Shown piece by piece: positions 9,693-17,068 of a DNA stretch of 32,000 nucleotides. The stretch is from contig CAYZRF010000008.1 in NCBI GenBank assembly GCA_964480775.1, positions 36,642 to 68,641 of the forward strand, given 5' to 3'. The notes under the pieces are model-generated. The model worked only from the letters and a program-made list of their open reading frames with translations. It was not told the DNA's origin and made no database searches. A program made the position numbers and the translations under genes. The stretch comes from an uncultured Nitrososphaerota archaeon. GTDB taxonomy: Archaea > Korarchaeota > Korarchaeia > Korarchaeales > Korarchaeaceae. Every line of letters starts with the position of its first letter. Positions within the stretch are counted from its first letter, which is position 1.

Positions 9693-9980
9693 AACCTCAA
9701 GAGGAACTTAATAACGATGTCGAATGGATGAACTTAAGGCTTAGTAAGGCCATTTTGGCTGAAGTTAAACCGAGGGGTTCTCCCTCGTCCATATAATGCG
9801 GGATGCATGGAGAGGGCCATGAAGCCTCTAACCTTGCTAGTATATCTGCTTTTGGCATTGCTAATTTACGTGCTAGTTGGCAAGGGTCTTAAGGAGATTT
9901 TTTAAGACTCCCTGACCGCATCAGGCCGCCTATTTAATAGAAAATCCCATACGAAGGGTGTTTTTTGGTCAAAAAAGATC

Positions 9981-10238
9981 TTGAAGAGGGCAGGGATACC
10001 TTCCCATAACAGGGCCAGAGAAGGGACAATTTTGGTTGACTTGATTCATGAAGTCAAACCCAAGCGAATACTTGAGATCGGTACTTTTATCGAATATTCG
10101 ACGATTATGATGGGAAAAGAGCTTGGAAGCGAGGCAGAAATAATCACTATAGAGATCGATGAGGAAGAAGCAGAGATAGCAAGAAAGAACATAAAAATGG
10201 CAATTAATGCGTTAAATTATCGTGAAGAATCTCCTTAA
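9981..10238 (+). pseudogene. remnant of a class I SAM-dependent O-methyltransferase (COMT/PF01596-like), truncated at both ends
   Basis: 85 aa: KPKRILEIGTFIEYSTIMMGKELGSEAEIITIEIDEEEAEIARKNIKMA. This matches only the motif I / post-I part of O-methyltransferases of about 210 aa. The glycine-rich motif is degraded (GTFIEYS rather than GTxxGYS). No continuation exists in the other frames, and the 3' end is overlapped by the convergent 96-aa ORF. Confidence 0.45.
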
Positions 10239-10494
10239 TCTCCTCTTTTAAGTCGTCTAATCTTCTCTTGCAAGCTTCTTCCTGAAGAGGATAGTAAAGG
10301 GGGCTCGTCTCTATTTTGCTTATGATTCCCATCAGGTTTTTCTCTGTTAATCCTTTGTCCAAAAGAGACCTTATTTCTCTGAGAGTCAACTCAATCGTTC
10401 TGCCCTCTATGCCTCTAACGTACTCAACTATGATGTTCTCTGCCCTCCTCTTTGCCCACTTTTCGTCCCACGTAAACATAATCATTTCAAACAT
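10204..10494 (-). CDS. hypothetical small cytoplasmic protein (96 aa)
   Basis: Charged, helical-looking sequence (TLREIRSLLDKGLTEKNLMGIISKIE). A TTTTTAT box ends about 20 nt upstream of the ATG, suggesting a leaderless or short-leader mRNA. No family recognised. Confidence 0.4.
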   Translation of the reverse strand: MFEMIMFTWDEKWAKRRAENIIVEYVRGIEGRTIELTLREIRSLLDKGLTEKNLMGIISKIETSPLYYPLQEEACKRRLDDLKEEIKEILHDNLTH

Positions 10495-10757
10495 AGTTAA
10501 ACAAACTTGGATAAAAATGAATCTCCATTCTTTTAGCTTATGCCTCTTGAGTTAGTCAATTGTTTTGGAAATTATATATCGCTTAACCCTGTTAATTATG
10601 TCAATATCATTTAACACTCTTTCTCGTCAACTGGGTATGTAAAAAGCTTGAAAATACCTAACACATTTGACTAAGCACCATTGAGATTTGCCAGCTTAAA
10701 GAGTAAGACCTAATTCATCAAAAAGGTGCTTAAGTTTCCTTAATTCGTTTAAGACCT

Positions 10758-10967
10758 TCATGCCTTCAGAGTTATTGTATAAGTGAGGTAGTCGCCACTC
10801 CTCTCCGAGCTAACAAGACCTTTCTCCGATAAGTGATTTAGGATCTCTTTCAATCTTTCATAAGAGAGGTTAGCCTCACTCATGATCTTAGTAACTCCTG
10901 CTTTATTGCTTATCACTTCCAAGACATCGAGTACTATGGAAGCTTGAGAATGATATTTTCTCCTCAC
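10758..10967 (-). CDS. mini winged-helix regulator (HTH_45-like), N-terminal 66 codons; the reading frame continues in the -1 frame to 10696
   Basis: GTG start overlaps the stop of the upstream gene (GTGA at 10964-10967). SIVLDVLEVISNKAGVTKIMSEANLSYERLKEILNHLSEKGLV is a wHTH pattern. The wing/C-terminal helix (S)EGMKVLNELRKLKHLFDELGLTL is encoded in the -1 frame at 10696..10770. Confidence 0.6.
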   Translation of the reverse strand: MRRKYHSQASIVLDVLEVISNKAGVTKIMSEANLSYERLKEILNHLSEKGLVSSERSGDYLTYTITLKA

Positions 10968-11614
10968 TCTTTCATCGACCTCTCTACTGCAATGAGCATG
11001 GGAATGAACGCAAGAGGTCTGGCGAATTCAGCTAAAAGGTAAAAAGAAAATAGGTTCAGGAAAAATGAGGCCGCCATAAGGACATGAGAAGTAGCCATGA
11101 GGAGAAAAGCAATGAAAAGTAGACAGAGGTGTCCTTTTCTCGATGACGTCTTCCAGATTATGTAAGAAAGCGGAATCAGTGAGAAAACATCAGCTAGGAT
11201 CTTAAATTTGAATTCAGTGAGAGGTATCCACTTCCAAGGAAAGCCTATCAGAGCCTGAAACTTGAAGGACTCCATGTATGACAGAGAGATCAGAATGTAG
11301 GATATGGGAAAGAGCAATAAATAAAGGGCCCAAGTCCAAGAAGGCTCTTGAAACCAACTCCATCCAAAACCTCCTTTTGGACCAAGGCATCCCACATGTC
11401 TACTGCACCTGCCTACATATGTTGAGATCAGTGTGTAGGAGCCTAGAAGTAGAGCCAGCGTCAAACTTAGAAATCCTAGAGAGAAAAAGGAAAGGCGTTT
11501 AGAGCCCAGAGTGTAGGCTCTAAATGAGTTGAATGTTATCATCCCAGCTATTAGAGCTGCAAAGAGTTCCATCACACCTATGGCAAAGGCAATCTCTGAG
11601 GGGAACAGGATCAT
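10964..11614 (-). CDS. polytopic membrane protein (about 6 TM) with a CxxHxxC loop
   Basis: 216 aa. The ATG overlaps the upstream stop (ATGA at 11611-11614) and is preceded by GGAGGG. The loop GRCSRHVGCLGPKGGFGWSWF lies between hydrophobic segments. No named family recognised. Confidence 0.6.
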   Translation of the reverse strand: MILFPSEIAFAIGVMELFAALIAGMITFNSFRAYTLGSKRLSFFSLGFLSLTLALLLGSYTLISTYVGRCSRHVGCLGPKGGFGWSWFQEPSWTWALYLLLFPISYILISLSYMESFKFQALIGFPWKWIPLTEFKFKILADVFSLIPLSYIIWKTSSRKGHLCLLFIAFLLMATSHVLMAASFFLNLFSFYLLAEFARPLAFIPMLIAVERSMKE

Positions 11615-11775
11615 CCCTCCGGGCAGTAAGACTTCAATAACGTGCCATCTTCCAGCCCTATCTCTTCCACTTTGAGTTCTCTCTTACCCGCGTGCTTATA
11701 ATGTCCAACAACTTTGATTCTCATCCCTCTTTCGATTGGGAGATCTTGCCATCTTATTATCTGATCTCCCATCAC
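11611..11775 (-). CDS. C-terminal two-thirds of an OB-fold (MamS/MamX- or BOF-like) domain, separated from its N-terminal part by a -1 frame break
   Basis: Below the 60-aa cutoff of the track. My translation: (V)MGDQIIRWQDLPIERGMRIKVVGHYKHAGKRELKVEEIGLEDGTLLKSYCPEG*. This frame is open from 11838, and its stop overlaps the next ATG. Confidence 0.5.
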   Translation of the reverse strand: MMGDQIIRWQDLPIERGMRIKVVGHYKHAGKRELKVEEIGLEDGTLLKSYCPEG

Positions 11776-11786
11776 CCACTTCCCTC

Positions 11787-12068
11787 TTATAATGAGAGTG
11801 ATATTGCTCCGTTGTCTAGCTTTAAGAAATACTCGTTTTCATCTACTATGAGCAAACCAGAGACCTCAACCTCATGACAGTGACTCTCTTCACACTCGCA
11901 CTCTTGCTCATGCCCGTGGCTCTTTTCCTCATTCCTGCACCCGCATTCATGTTCGTGCTCTTCCTCATTCTCGCATTCATGATGAGCAGAGATTATTATG
12001 GAATTGACTAAGATCAAACTCATCATTGCTACTACAAACCCATAATGAGGTATCCCGTCTTCACACAT
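11787..12068 (-). CDS. membrane-anchored His/Cys/Glu-rich metal-binding protein, N-terminal part of the OB-fold protein
   Basis: 93 aa. TM anchor YGFVVAMMSLILVNSIIIS, then HHECENEEEHEHECGCRNEEKSHGHEQECECEESHCHEVE (11865..11984), then the first OB strands LLIVDENEYFLKLDNGAISLSL*. The ATG is 1 nt after the stop of the DUF4405-like gene. Confidence 0.55.
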   Translation of the reverse strand: MCEDGIPHYGFVVAMMSLILVNSIIISAHHECENEEEHEHECGCRNEEKSHGHEQECECEESHCHEVEVSGLLIVDENEYFLKLDNGAISLSL

Positions 12069-12069
12069 C

Positions 12070-12336
12070 TTACCCTTTGAAAACTCTCTTCAAGTATGCT
12101 AGAAGCGGCCTTCTATTCAAGATCGCATGAATTAGCACTAGACCAACCATTATGTAACCCGAATAATCATGGATCGATATCCATTGCCATTTCGTAAGGC
12201 CCATTATGATAACCCCTCCAGACCCTTTACTAGTTGGAGCAAAGTACAAGATAACCCCAGATGCAGCCACTAGCACGCCCGTAAACAGCAAGGAAAGAGT
12301 GATGAATATTCTTAGCCAAATTGTATTGCTTGACAT
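12070..12336 (-). CDS. DUF4405-like small membrane protein (two conserved His, cytochrome-b-like)
   Basis: 88 aa. The pattern W..I(x)L..LFTG...SG..LYF ... W..IHDYSGYIMVGLVLIHAILNRRPLLAYLK matches my memory of PF14358. Confidence 0.6.
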   Translation of the reverse strand: MSSNTIWLRIFITLSLLFTGVLVAASGVILYFAPTSKGSGGVIIMGLTKWQWISIHDYSGYIMVGLVLIHAILNRRPLLAYLKRVFKG

Positions 12337-12445
12337 TTCACATCTCTCATACCAAAAAGCTCGGCCTAATTAGAGTTATGGTCGAATTGTTCAGAAGAGA
12401 TGTTAGCTTGATGGAGATCACAATCTCAATAGGTTTCGCTCTTTT

Positions 12446-12465
12446 GAAAAGTTTTATCTTTTTAT
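12446..12465 (+). promoter_or_regulatory. BRE/TATA-like element (GAAAAG TTTTATCTTTTTAT) for the amidohydrolase gene
   Basis: A purine-rich BRE-like hexamer is followed by an A/T box centred about 27 nt upstream of the GTG start at 12484. This suggests a leaderless transcript. Confidence 0.35.
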
Positions 12466-12483
12466 GAAAAGGTCGTTTAGCAG

Positions 12484-13668
12484 GTGACCTTATTGATAGC
12501 TCTAAAAGGTGGGAGGATCATAACGATAACAAAGGGGGTTATTGAAGGAGGTACGATCCTTATAGAAAATGGAAAGATAAAGGCAGTGGGCAAGGAGGTT
12601 ACGATCCCTTCTGGCACTGAAGTAATAGATGTTACAGGAAAGGTAGTCATGCCAGGAATAGTGGATCCACACACCCATGCTGGTATAAGCATGGAGGAGG
12701 TTGGTTGGGAGGGTAGAGATCATAACGAGATTACGGATCCGGTGACACCACATCTTAGAGCATTAGACGCAATAAAACCAGAAGATCACGGTTTTCAAGA
12801 GGCAAGGGAGTACGGTATAACAACGGCGTGCGTTGTACCAGGAAGCGCGAATCCAATTGGTGGTTTGGGCGCAATTGTGAAGTGTTATGGAAACACCGTT
12901 GAAGAAATGCTTATAAAAGAGCCTTTCTGTCTGAAGATGGCTTTTGGAGAGAACCCAAGGAGTGTCTATGGTCAAGGGATGAAAAAAGCCCCTTACACAA
13001 GGATGGCCGTCGCAGGTCTCATTAGAGAGTGGCTAACTAAAGCTCAAAATTACATGAAAAAGAAGGAAGCAGCGAAAAAGAAACCTGAGGATTGGGAAAA
13101 ATTCGAAAAGGACATAAAGCTAGAGGTCCTAGAGAAACTTCTGAGAAAAGAGTTGGTTGCTTACCCTCACGCACACACCTCTTACGATATCATGACGGCA
13201 ATTAGACTTTCGGAGGAGTTTGGATACAAAATGATCCTACAGCATTCAACAGAAGCTCATCTAGTGGCAAACGAATTGGCAAAAAGAGACATATGGGCCG
13301 TATGTGGTCCCCTTCTAACCGCTAGATATAAGGTTGAGTTAAGGCATAGGACTCCACAAACTCCAGCTATACTATACAAAGCAGGGGTAAAAGTGGCTTT
13401 CACTGTAGATCACCCTGTTTTACCTCCGAAAATGCTTCCTATAAGTGCAGCCGTTGCAGTTAGAGAAGGTTTACCTGAAGAAGAGGCCCTAAAAGCTCTA
13501 ACGATAAATCCTGCTCAATTCCTTGGATTAGATCATAGAATTGGAAGCATAGAGGAGGGTAAGGACGCAGACCTTGTTGTCATGACCGGACATCCGTTGG
13601 ACGTGATGAGAAGCAAAGTTGAGATGACCTTCATCGATGGCAAAATAGTTTACGAGACGAAGAGTTAA
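12484..13668 (+). CDS. amidohydrolase-superfamily metallo-hydrolase (imidazolonepropionase/dihydroorotase-like)
   Basis: 394 aa. N-terminal beta-sandwich pattern ILIENGKIKAVGKE, PGIVDPHTHAGI (HxH metal motif) and the C-terminal GSIEEGKDADLVV motif. Confidence 0.8.
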   Translation: MTLLIALKGGRIITITKGVIEGGTILIENGKIKAVGKEVTIPSGTEVIDVTGKVVMPGIVDPHTHAGISMEEVGWEGRDHNEITDPVTPHLRALDAIKPEDHGFQEAREYGITTACVVPGSANPIGGLGAIVKCYGNTVEEMLIKEPFCLKMAFGENPRSVYGQGMKKAPYTRMAVAGLIREWLTKAQNYMKKKEAAKKKPEDWEKFEKDIKLEVLEKLLRKELVAYPHAHTSYDIMTAIRLSEEFGYKMILQHSTEAHLVANELAKRDIWAVCGPLLTARYKVELRHRTPQTPAILYKAGVKVAFTVDHPVLPPKMLPISAAVAVREGLPEEEALKALTINPAQFLGLDHRIGSIEEGKDADLVVMTGHPLDVMRSKVEMTFIDGKIVYETKS

Positions 13669-13677
13669 TCTACTACC

Positions 13678-13696
13678 TTTTTCCCTTTCTTTTTTC
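13678..13696 (+). terminator. oligo-T/pyrimidine tract (TTTTTCCCTTTCTTTTTTC) 10 nt after the amidohydrolase stop
   Basis: Read directly in the 46-nt convergent spacer. Archaeal intrinsic termination uses T tracts. Confidence 0.35.
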
Positions 13697-13714
13697 AAAC
13701 CTACTTATCGAGAC

Positions 13715-14746
13715 CTAATTGATCTCTATTAGGTATTTGTCTCTATCGATAATCTTTTTACCATCGACCCAGACGGTTGCTTCCTTTATTATACAGTCGA
13801 TGTGGGTTTTCGACACCCAGTCAGCTCCAGTTTCTTTTGGATAGGGATTACCAAATGCTAGATGCACTCTAGCCTTCTCATCTTGGAGCAGGATACCTAC
13901 TAGGGGCATTTCGATTAGTTCTAAGTTTGTAGGTAGGGCTATCTCGCCTGCTTTATTGCTATTTTCATCGGTCTTAAGATATTCCTTTAGATCTGCCTTT
14001 AACTCATTCAATTCGCACTCTATGCTCTCTACATTTGCTCTTGAATCAACTATATCAATGTGAACTGGGGTATCTCTATCAGCCTCTGGCCTTGTTAATG
14101 TCCCATATTTCTTTGAGAACCAGTCTCCTAGTTCATCTGCAACAATATGGCCGTTTGCATTGAATGGTGCTGTAAATATCTCTCCTTCGGGTAGATTTCC
14201 CCACTCTCCTTTCTTGTGGTATATCCCATCACATGGTTTCCATCTCCATTCAGGATTTAGCTCAATTTGAAGGTTTGTTCCTGCCGGGTTTCTTACTTCA
14301 AGCTTCTTTGCATTTTTTAAGATCTTTTCCAACTTTTTTGTAAAGGATGAAATCCTCTTGTAATCAGAACACATTCCCTGTTCCATTAAGAGCTTAGTAA
14401 CTCCTGGCATGTGAGCATGCCTTGCATATTTAGTTGCAAGCAATCTGAAAGACCTTCTCATAGGAAGTTCGCCTTTCTTGCTTTCTGCAGCCCAGAAAGT
14501 TACGTTGGCCCAAGGTACTGCCTTTTCGATTTTCTCAGGAAGCTCCGTCATGGGTCTTTCTCCGTAGTCTTCGAGAACATAGAGCTTGACATGTTGGGTT
14601 ACTTCCAGCGCAGCTCTTCTTATGGCATCGCCAACTTCATATTGGAGCCTGTCTGTCACTATTAGAACGTGTTCCCCTGGTTTAACCCCCATACAAACTT
14701 TTACAGCGTTTTTGGCCCCTTCATCCAATGTTCCCATTTTATTCAC
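13715..14746 (-). CDS. aminopeptidase, M29 (AmpS/PepS, COG2309-like) family
   Basis: 343 aa. GAKNAVKVCMGVKPGEHVLIVTD N-terminus, WGNLPEGEIFTAP, GEIALPTN...LLQDEKARVHLAFG and SKTHIDC. These are the metal-ligand-containing blocks of thermophilic aminopeptidases. Confidence 0.78.
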   Translation of the reverse strand: MNKMGTLDEGAKNAVKVCMGVKPGEHVLIVTDRLQYEVGDAIRRAALEVTQHVKLYVLEDYGERPMTELPEKIEKAVPWANVTFWAAESKKGELPMRRSFRLLATKYARHAHMPGVTKLLMEQGMCSDYKRISSFTKKLEKILKNAKKLEVRNPAGTNLQIELNPEWRWKPCDGIYHKKGEWGNLPEGEIFTAPFNANGHIVADELGDWFSKKYGTLTRPEADRDTPVHIDIVDSRANVESIECELNELKADLKEYLKTDENSNKAGEIALPTNLELIEMPLVGILLQDEKARVHLAFGNPYPKETGADWVSKTHIDCIIKEATVWVDGKKIIDRDKYLIEIN

Positions 14747-14836
14747 CTCAAAATAATTTCAGAGAGAATAAATTAATCATTACCGCCCATCAGTTCTGTT
14801 TATCTCTTTCCTCCGTTCCAATGCCCGGGTGGTAGC

Positions 14837-16477
14837 TTGTCCAGTAAGCCCAAGATTCTAATTGAGAATGGCATTATTATGGATGGAACGGGTAATCCAT
14901 GGTTTAGAGGAGACATTGCTGTAGAAGACGGGAAAATTTCAAAAATAGGAAGAGCAAAGGACTTTCAAGCGGATATAAGGATAGATGCAACGAACTTCGT
15001 TGTCTGCCCTGGATTTATTGACATACACGGGCATAGCGACTTAGCTGTGATTGTAGATCCAAAAGCTGAGAGTAAGGTTATGCAAGGAGTTACAACCGAG
15101 CTTGGAGGGAACTGCGGTCATTCTCCAGCTCCATTGGAAGGATATGCTCTTGAAGAGGAGAAAAAATCTGCAGAAAGGTATGGAATAGAGATAGACTGGA
15201 GGACTTTTGGCGAGTATCTCGATAGGATAGATAGGCAAGGTTGCTCAATTAACTTCGCATGTCTTCTCGGTCATGGAACCATTAGGTGGTGCGTGGTAGG
15301 TCCAGATGACAGAGATCCAACAGAGGAGGAGATGGAGAGGATGAAAGAACTAGTCGACAAGTCGATGAGAGAAGGGGCGTTTGGACTATCAACAGGGCTC
15401 ATGTATGCACCAGGATGCTATGCAAGCACTGAAGAAATCATAGAACTCGCTAAAGTTGTGGCTAAACATGGAGGGATTTACGCATCTCACATAAGGAGAA
15501 GAGGTGAGGGTATAAGGCGCTGGGGACTAATAACTCCCAGAATCGACACCCTCGTAGAGGCGGTAAGAGAAACCATTGAAGTAGGGGAGAGAGCTGGTCT
15601 TCCTGCTCAGATAAGCCATCACAAAGCCATGGGTAGGGTAAACTGGGGTAAGGTAAAGAAAACACTTGCCATGGTTGAAGATGCCAGGCTGAGAGGCGTT
15701 GATGTTACTTGTGACCAATATCCATACACTGCAGCAAGCAGCAGCCTAGCTTCAGCATTTCCAGCGTGGGCTAGGGCAGGGGGAACGAAGAAGCTAATCG
15801 AGAGGCTGATGAATCCAGAAACGAGAGCAAAGATAAAAGAGGAGACTATTGAAAACTTGGAGGGCATAGGAGCTGAATATGGATGGGGAGATGCCTATAT
15901 CTCTTACCTTAAATCAGAAAAGAACGCACATCTAATAGGTAAAAGCCTCAAAGAAGCTGCAGAGCTGCTTGGAAAAGATCCGTTTGAAGCTGCGGCCGAT
16001 CTTCTGATAGAAGAGGAAGGCTCTGTTGGAATAGTCTATTTCGCAATGTGCGAAGAGGATGTCGAAACCGTAATGAGGAACAGAAACGTTATGGTAGGAT
16101 CCGATGGCTATGCTCTCTCACCAAAAGGAATTCTCGGAAGAGGAAGGCCCCACCCAAGGAGCTATGGAACCTACCCAAGGGTGTTGGGGGTCTATGTAAG
16201 GGAAAAGAGAATTATACCTTGGGAAGAAGCCATAAGAAAGATGACTTCCATGCCTGCTCAGAAACTAGGGCTCTTCGATAGGGGGATCATAAGGCCAGGG
16301 ATGCGTGCTGACATAGTTGTATTTAATCCGAGGACAATCAAGGATAGAGCTACTTTTGATAATCCACATCGATTCCCTCTAGGCATCGAATACGTTCTAG
16401 TGAACGGAGAGATCGTAGTCGAGAATGGAAATCATACGGGTTTGACTCCAGGAACAGTATTGAGGCATAGAGCATGA
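14837..16477 (+). CDS. N-acyl-D-amino-acid deacylase (D-aminoacylase) family amidohydrolase
   Basis: 546 aa, TTG start. ILIENGIIMDGTGNPWFRGDIAVEDGKISKIG, PGFIDIHGHSD, ISHHKA, DQYPY and the C-terminal GMRADIVVF...VLVNG are the hallmark blocks of D-aminoacylases. Confidence 0.8.
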   Translation: MSSKPKILIENGIIMDGTGNPWFRGDIAVEDGKISKIGRAKDFQADIRIDATNFVVCPGFIDIHGHSDLAVIVDPKAESKVMQGVTTELGGNCGHSPAPLEGYALEEEKKSAERYGIEIDWRTFGEYLDRIDRQGCSINFACLLGHGTIRWCVVGPDDRDPTEEEMERMKELVDKSMREGAFGLSTGLMYAPGCYASTEEIIELAKVVAKHGGIYASHIRRRGEGIRRWGLITPRIDTLVEAVRETIEVGERAGLPAQISHHKAMGRVNWGKVKKTLAMVEDARLRGVDVTCDQYPYTAASSSLASAFPAWARAGGTKKLIERLMNPETRAKIKEETIENLEGIGAEYGWGDAYISYLKSEKNAHLIGKSLKEAAELLGKDPFEAAADLLIEEEGSVGIVYFAMCEEDVETVMRNRNVMVGSDGYALSPKGILGRGRPHPRSYGTYPRVLGVYVREKRIIPWEEAIRKMTSMPAQKLGLFDRGIIRPGMRADIVVFNPRTIKDRATFDNPHRFPLGIEYVLVNGEIVVENGNHTGLTPGTVLRHRA

Positions 16478-16479
16478 CT

Positions 16480-16962
16480 TCAGCTTTCAATGCTCCTCCT
16501 TAACATGACAACGTCCTTCCCCAAGTATCCCTCCCTAACGAAGCCATAGATAGTAAATCCTAAATTCAGATAGAACGAGATGAAAAATCTCTCATCAGCA
16601 GGTACTGATGTTGTGAGATAAGTAGCAGAGGGTACCTTTTCTTTTATAACCTTGCTAAAATGATCTAATAACATTTTTTCTACGCCAGCCATCGAAGCTT
16701 CCTTGCTAAGGACATGTATGAAAACTACGCTTGGTGGTAGAGAAGCAGTCCCAGTTATGATGCCCACGATTTCGTTGTTTTTCTTAGCCACAACAGACAC
16801 CTTGAGGGGCCCCCATATCATCCTAAGGACTCCTTCTTTTCCCTTTATGGGTGGAGGAAGGGTTCCTTTAAGGGAATTATACAGCACTTCAGCGCACTTA
16901 TCCGCATCTTCGGGCTTCAACTCTTCGAGGACATATTCTGAGTTTTTCAAACTACTCACCAT
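16480..16962 (-). CDS. GNAT-family N-acetyltransferase
   Basis: The track ORF extends to a TTG at 17016; I prefer the ATG at 16962 (MVSSLKNSEYVLEEL). VAKKNNEIVGIITG...VVFIHVLSKEASMAGVEKMLLDHF...YLNLGFTIYG follows the GNAT beta4-alpha3-beta5 pattern. It is convergent with the D-aminoacylase gene, 2 nt apart. Confidence 0.6.
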   Translation of the reverse strand: MVSSLKNSEYVLEELKPEDADKCAEVLYNSLKGTLPPPIKGKEGVLRMIWGPLKVSVVAKKNNEIVGIITGTASLPPSVVFIHVLSKEASMAGVEKMLLDHFSKVIKEKVPSATYLTTSVPADERFFISFYLNLGFTIYGFVREGYLGKDVVMLRRSIES

Positions 16963-17068
16963 GAAACCCCGTACGCTAACCTTAATTATGATTTCTGCGA
17001 AGGTCAAACTGACCAAAGGATAGAAAATTTACACAACTTTGAAAAGCAACTACTATAGTTAATTCTTA

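Noticed and set aside
10758-11810. Programmed -1 ribosomal frameshifting as the explanation for the two frame breaks
   Set aside because: Neither site has an X XXY YYZ slippery heptamer or an obvious downstream pseudoknot or hairpin. The shared CAATA..ACTCT string sits in different codon registers at the two sites. I kept the breaks as findings, but a mutation or a 1-nt assembly error is more parsimonious.
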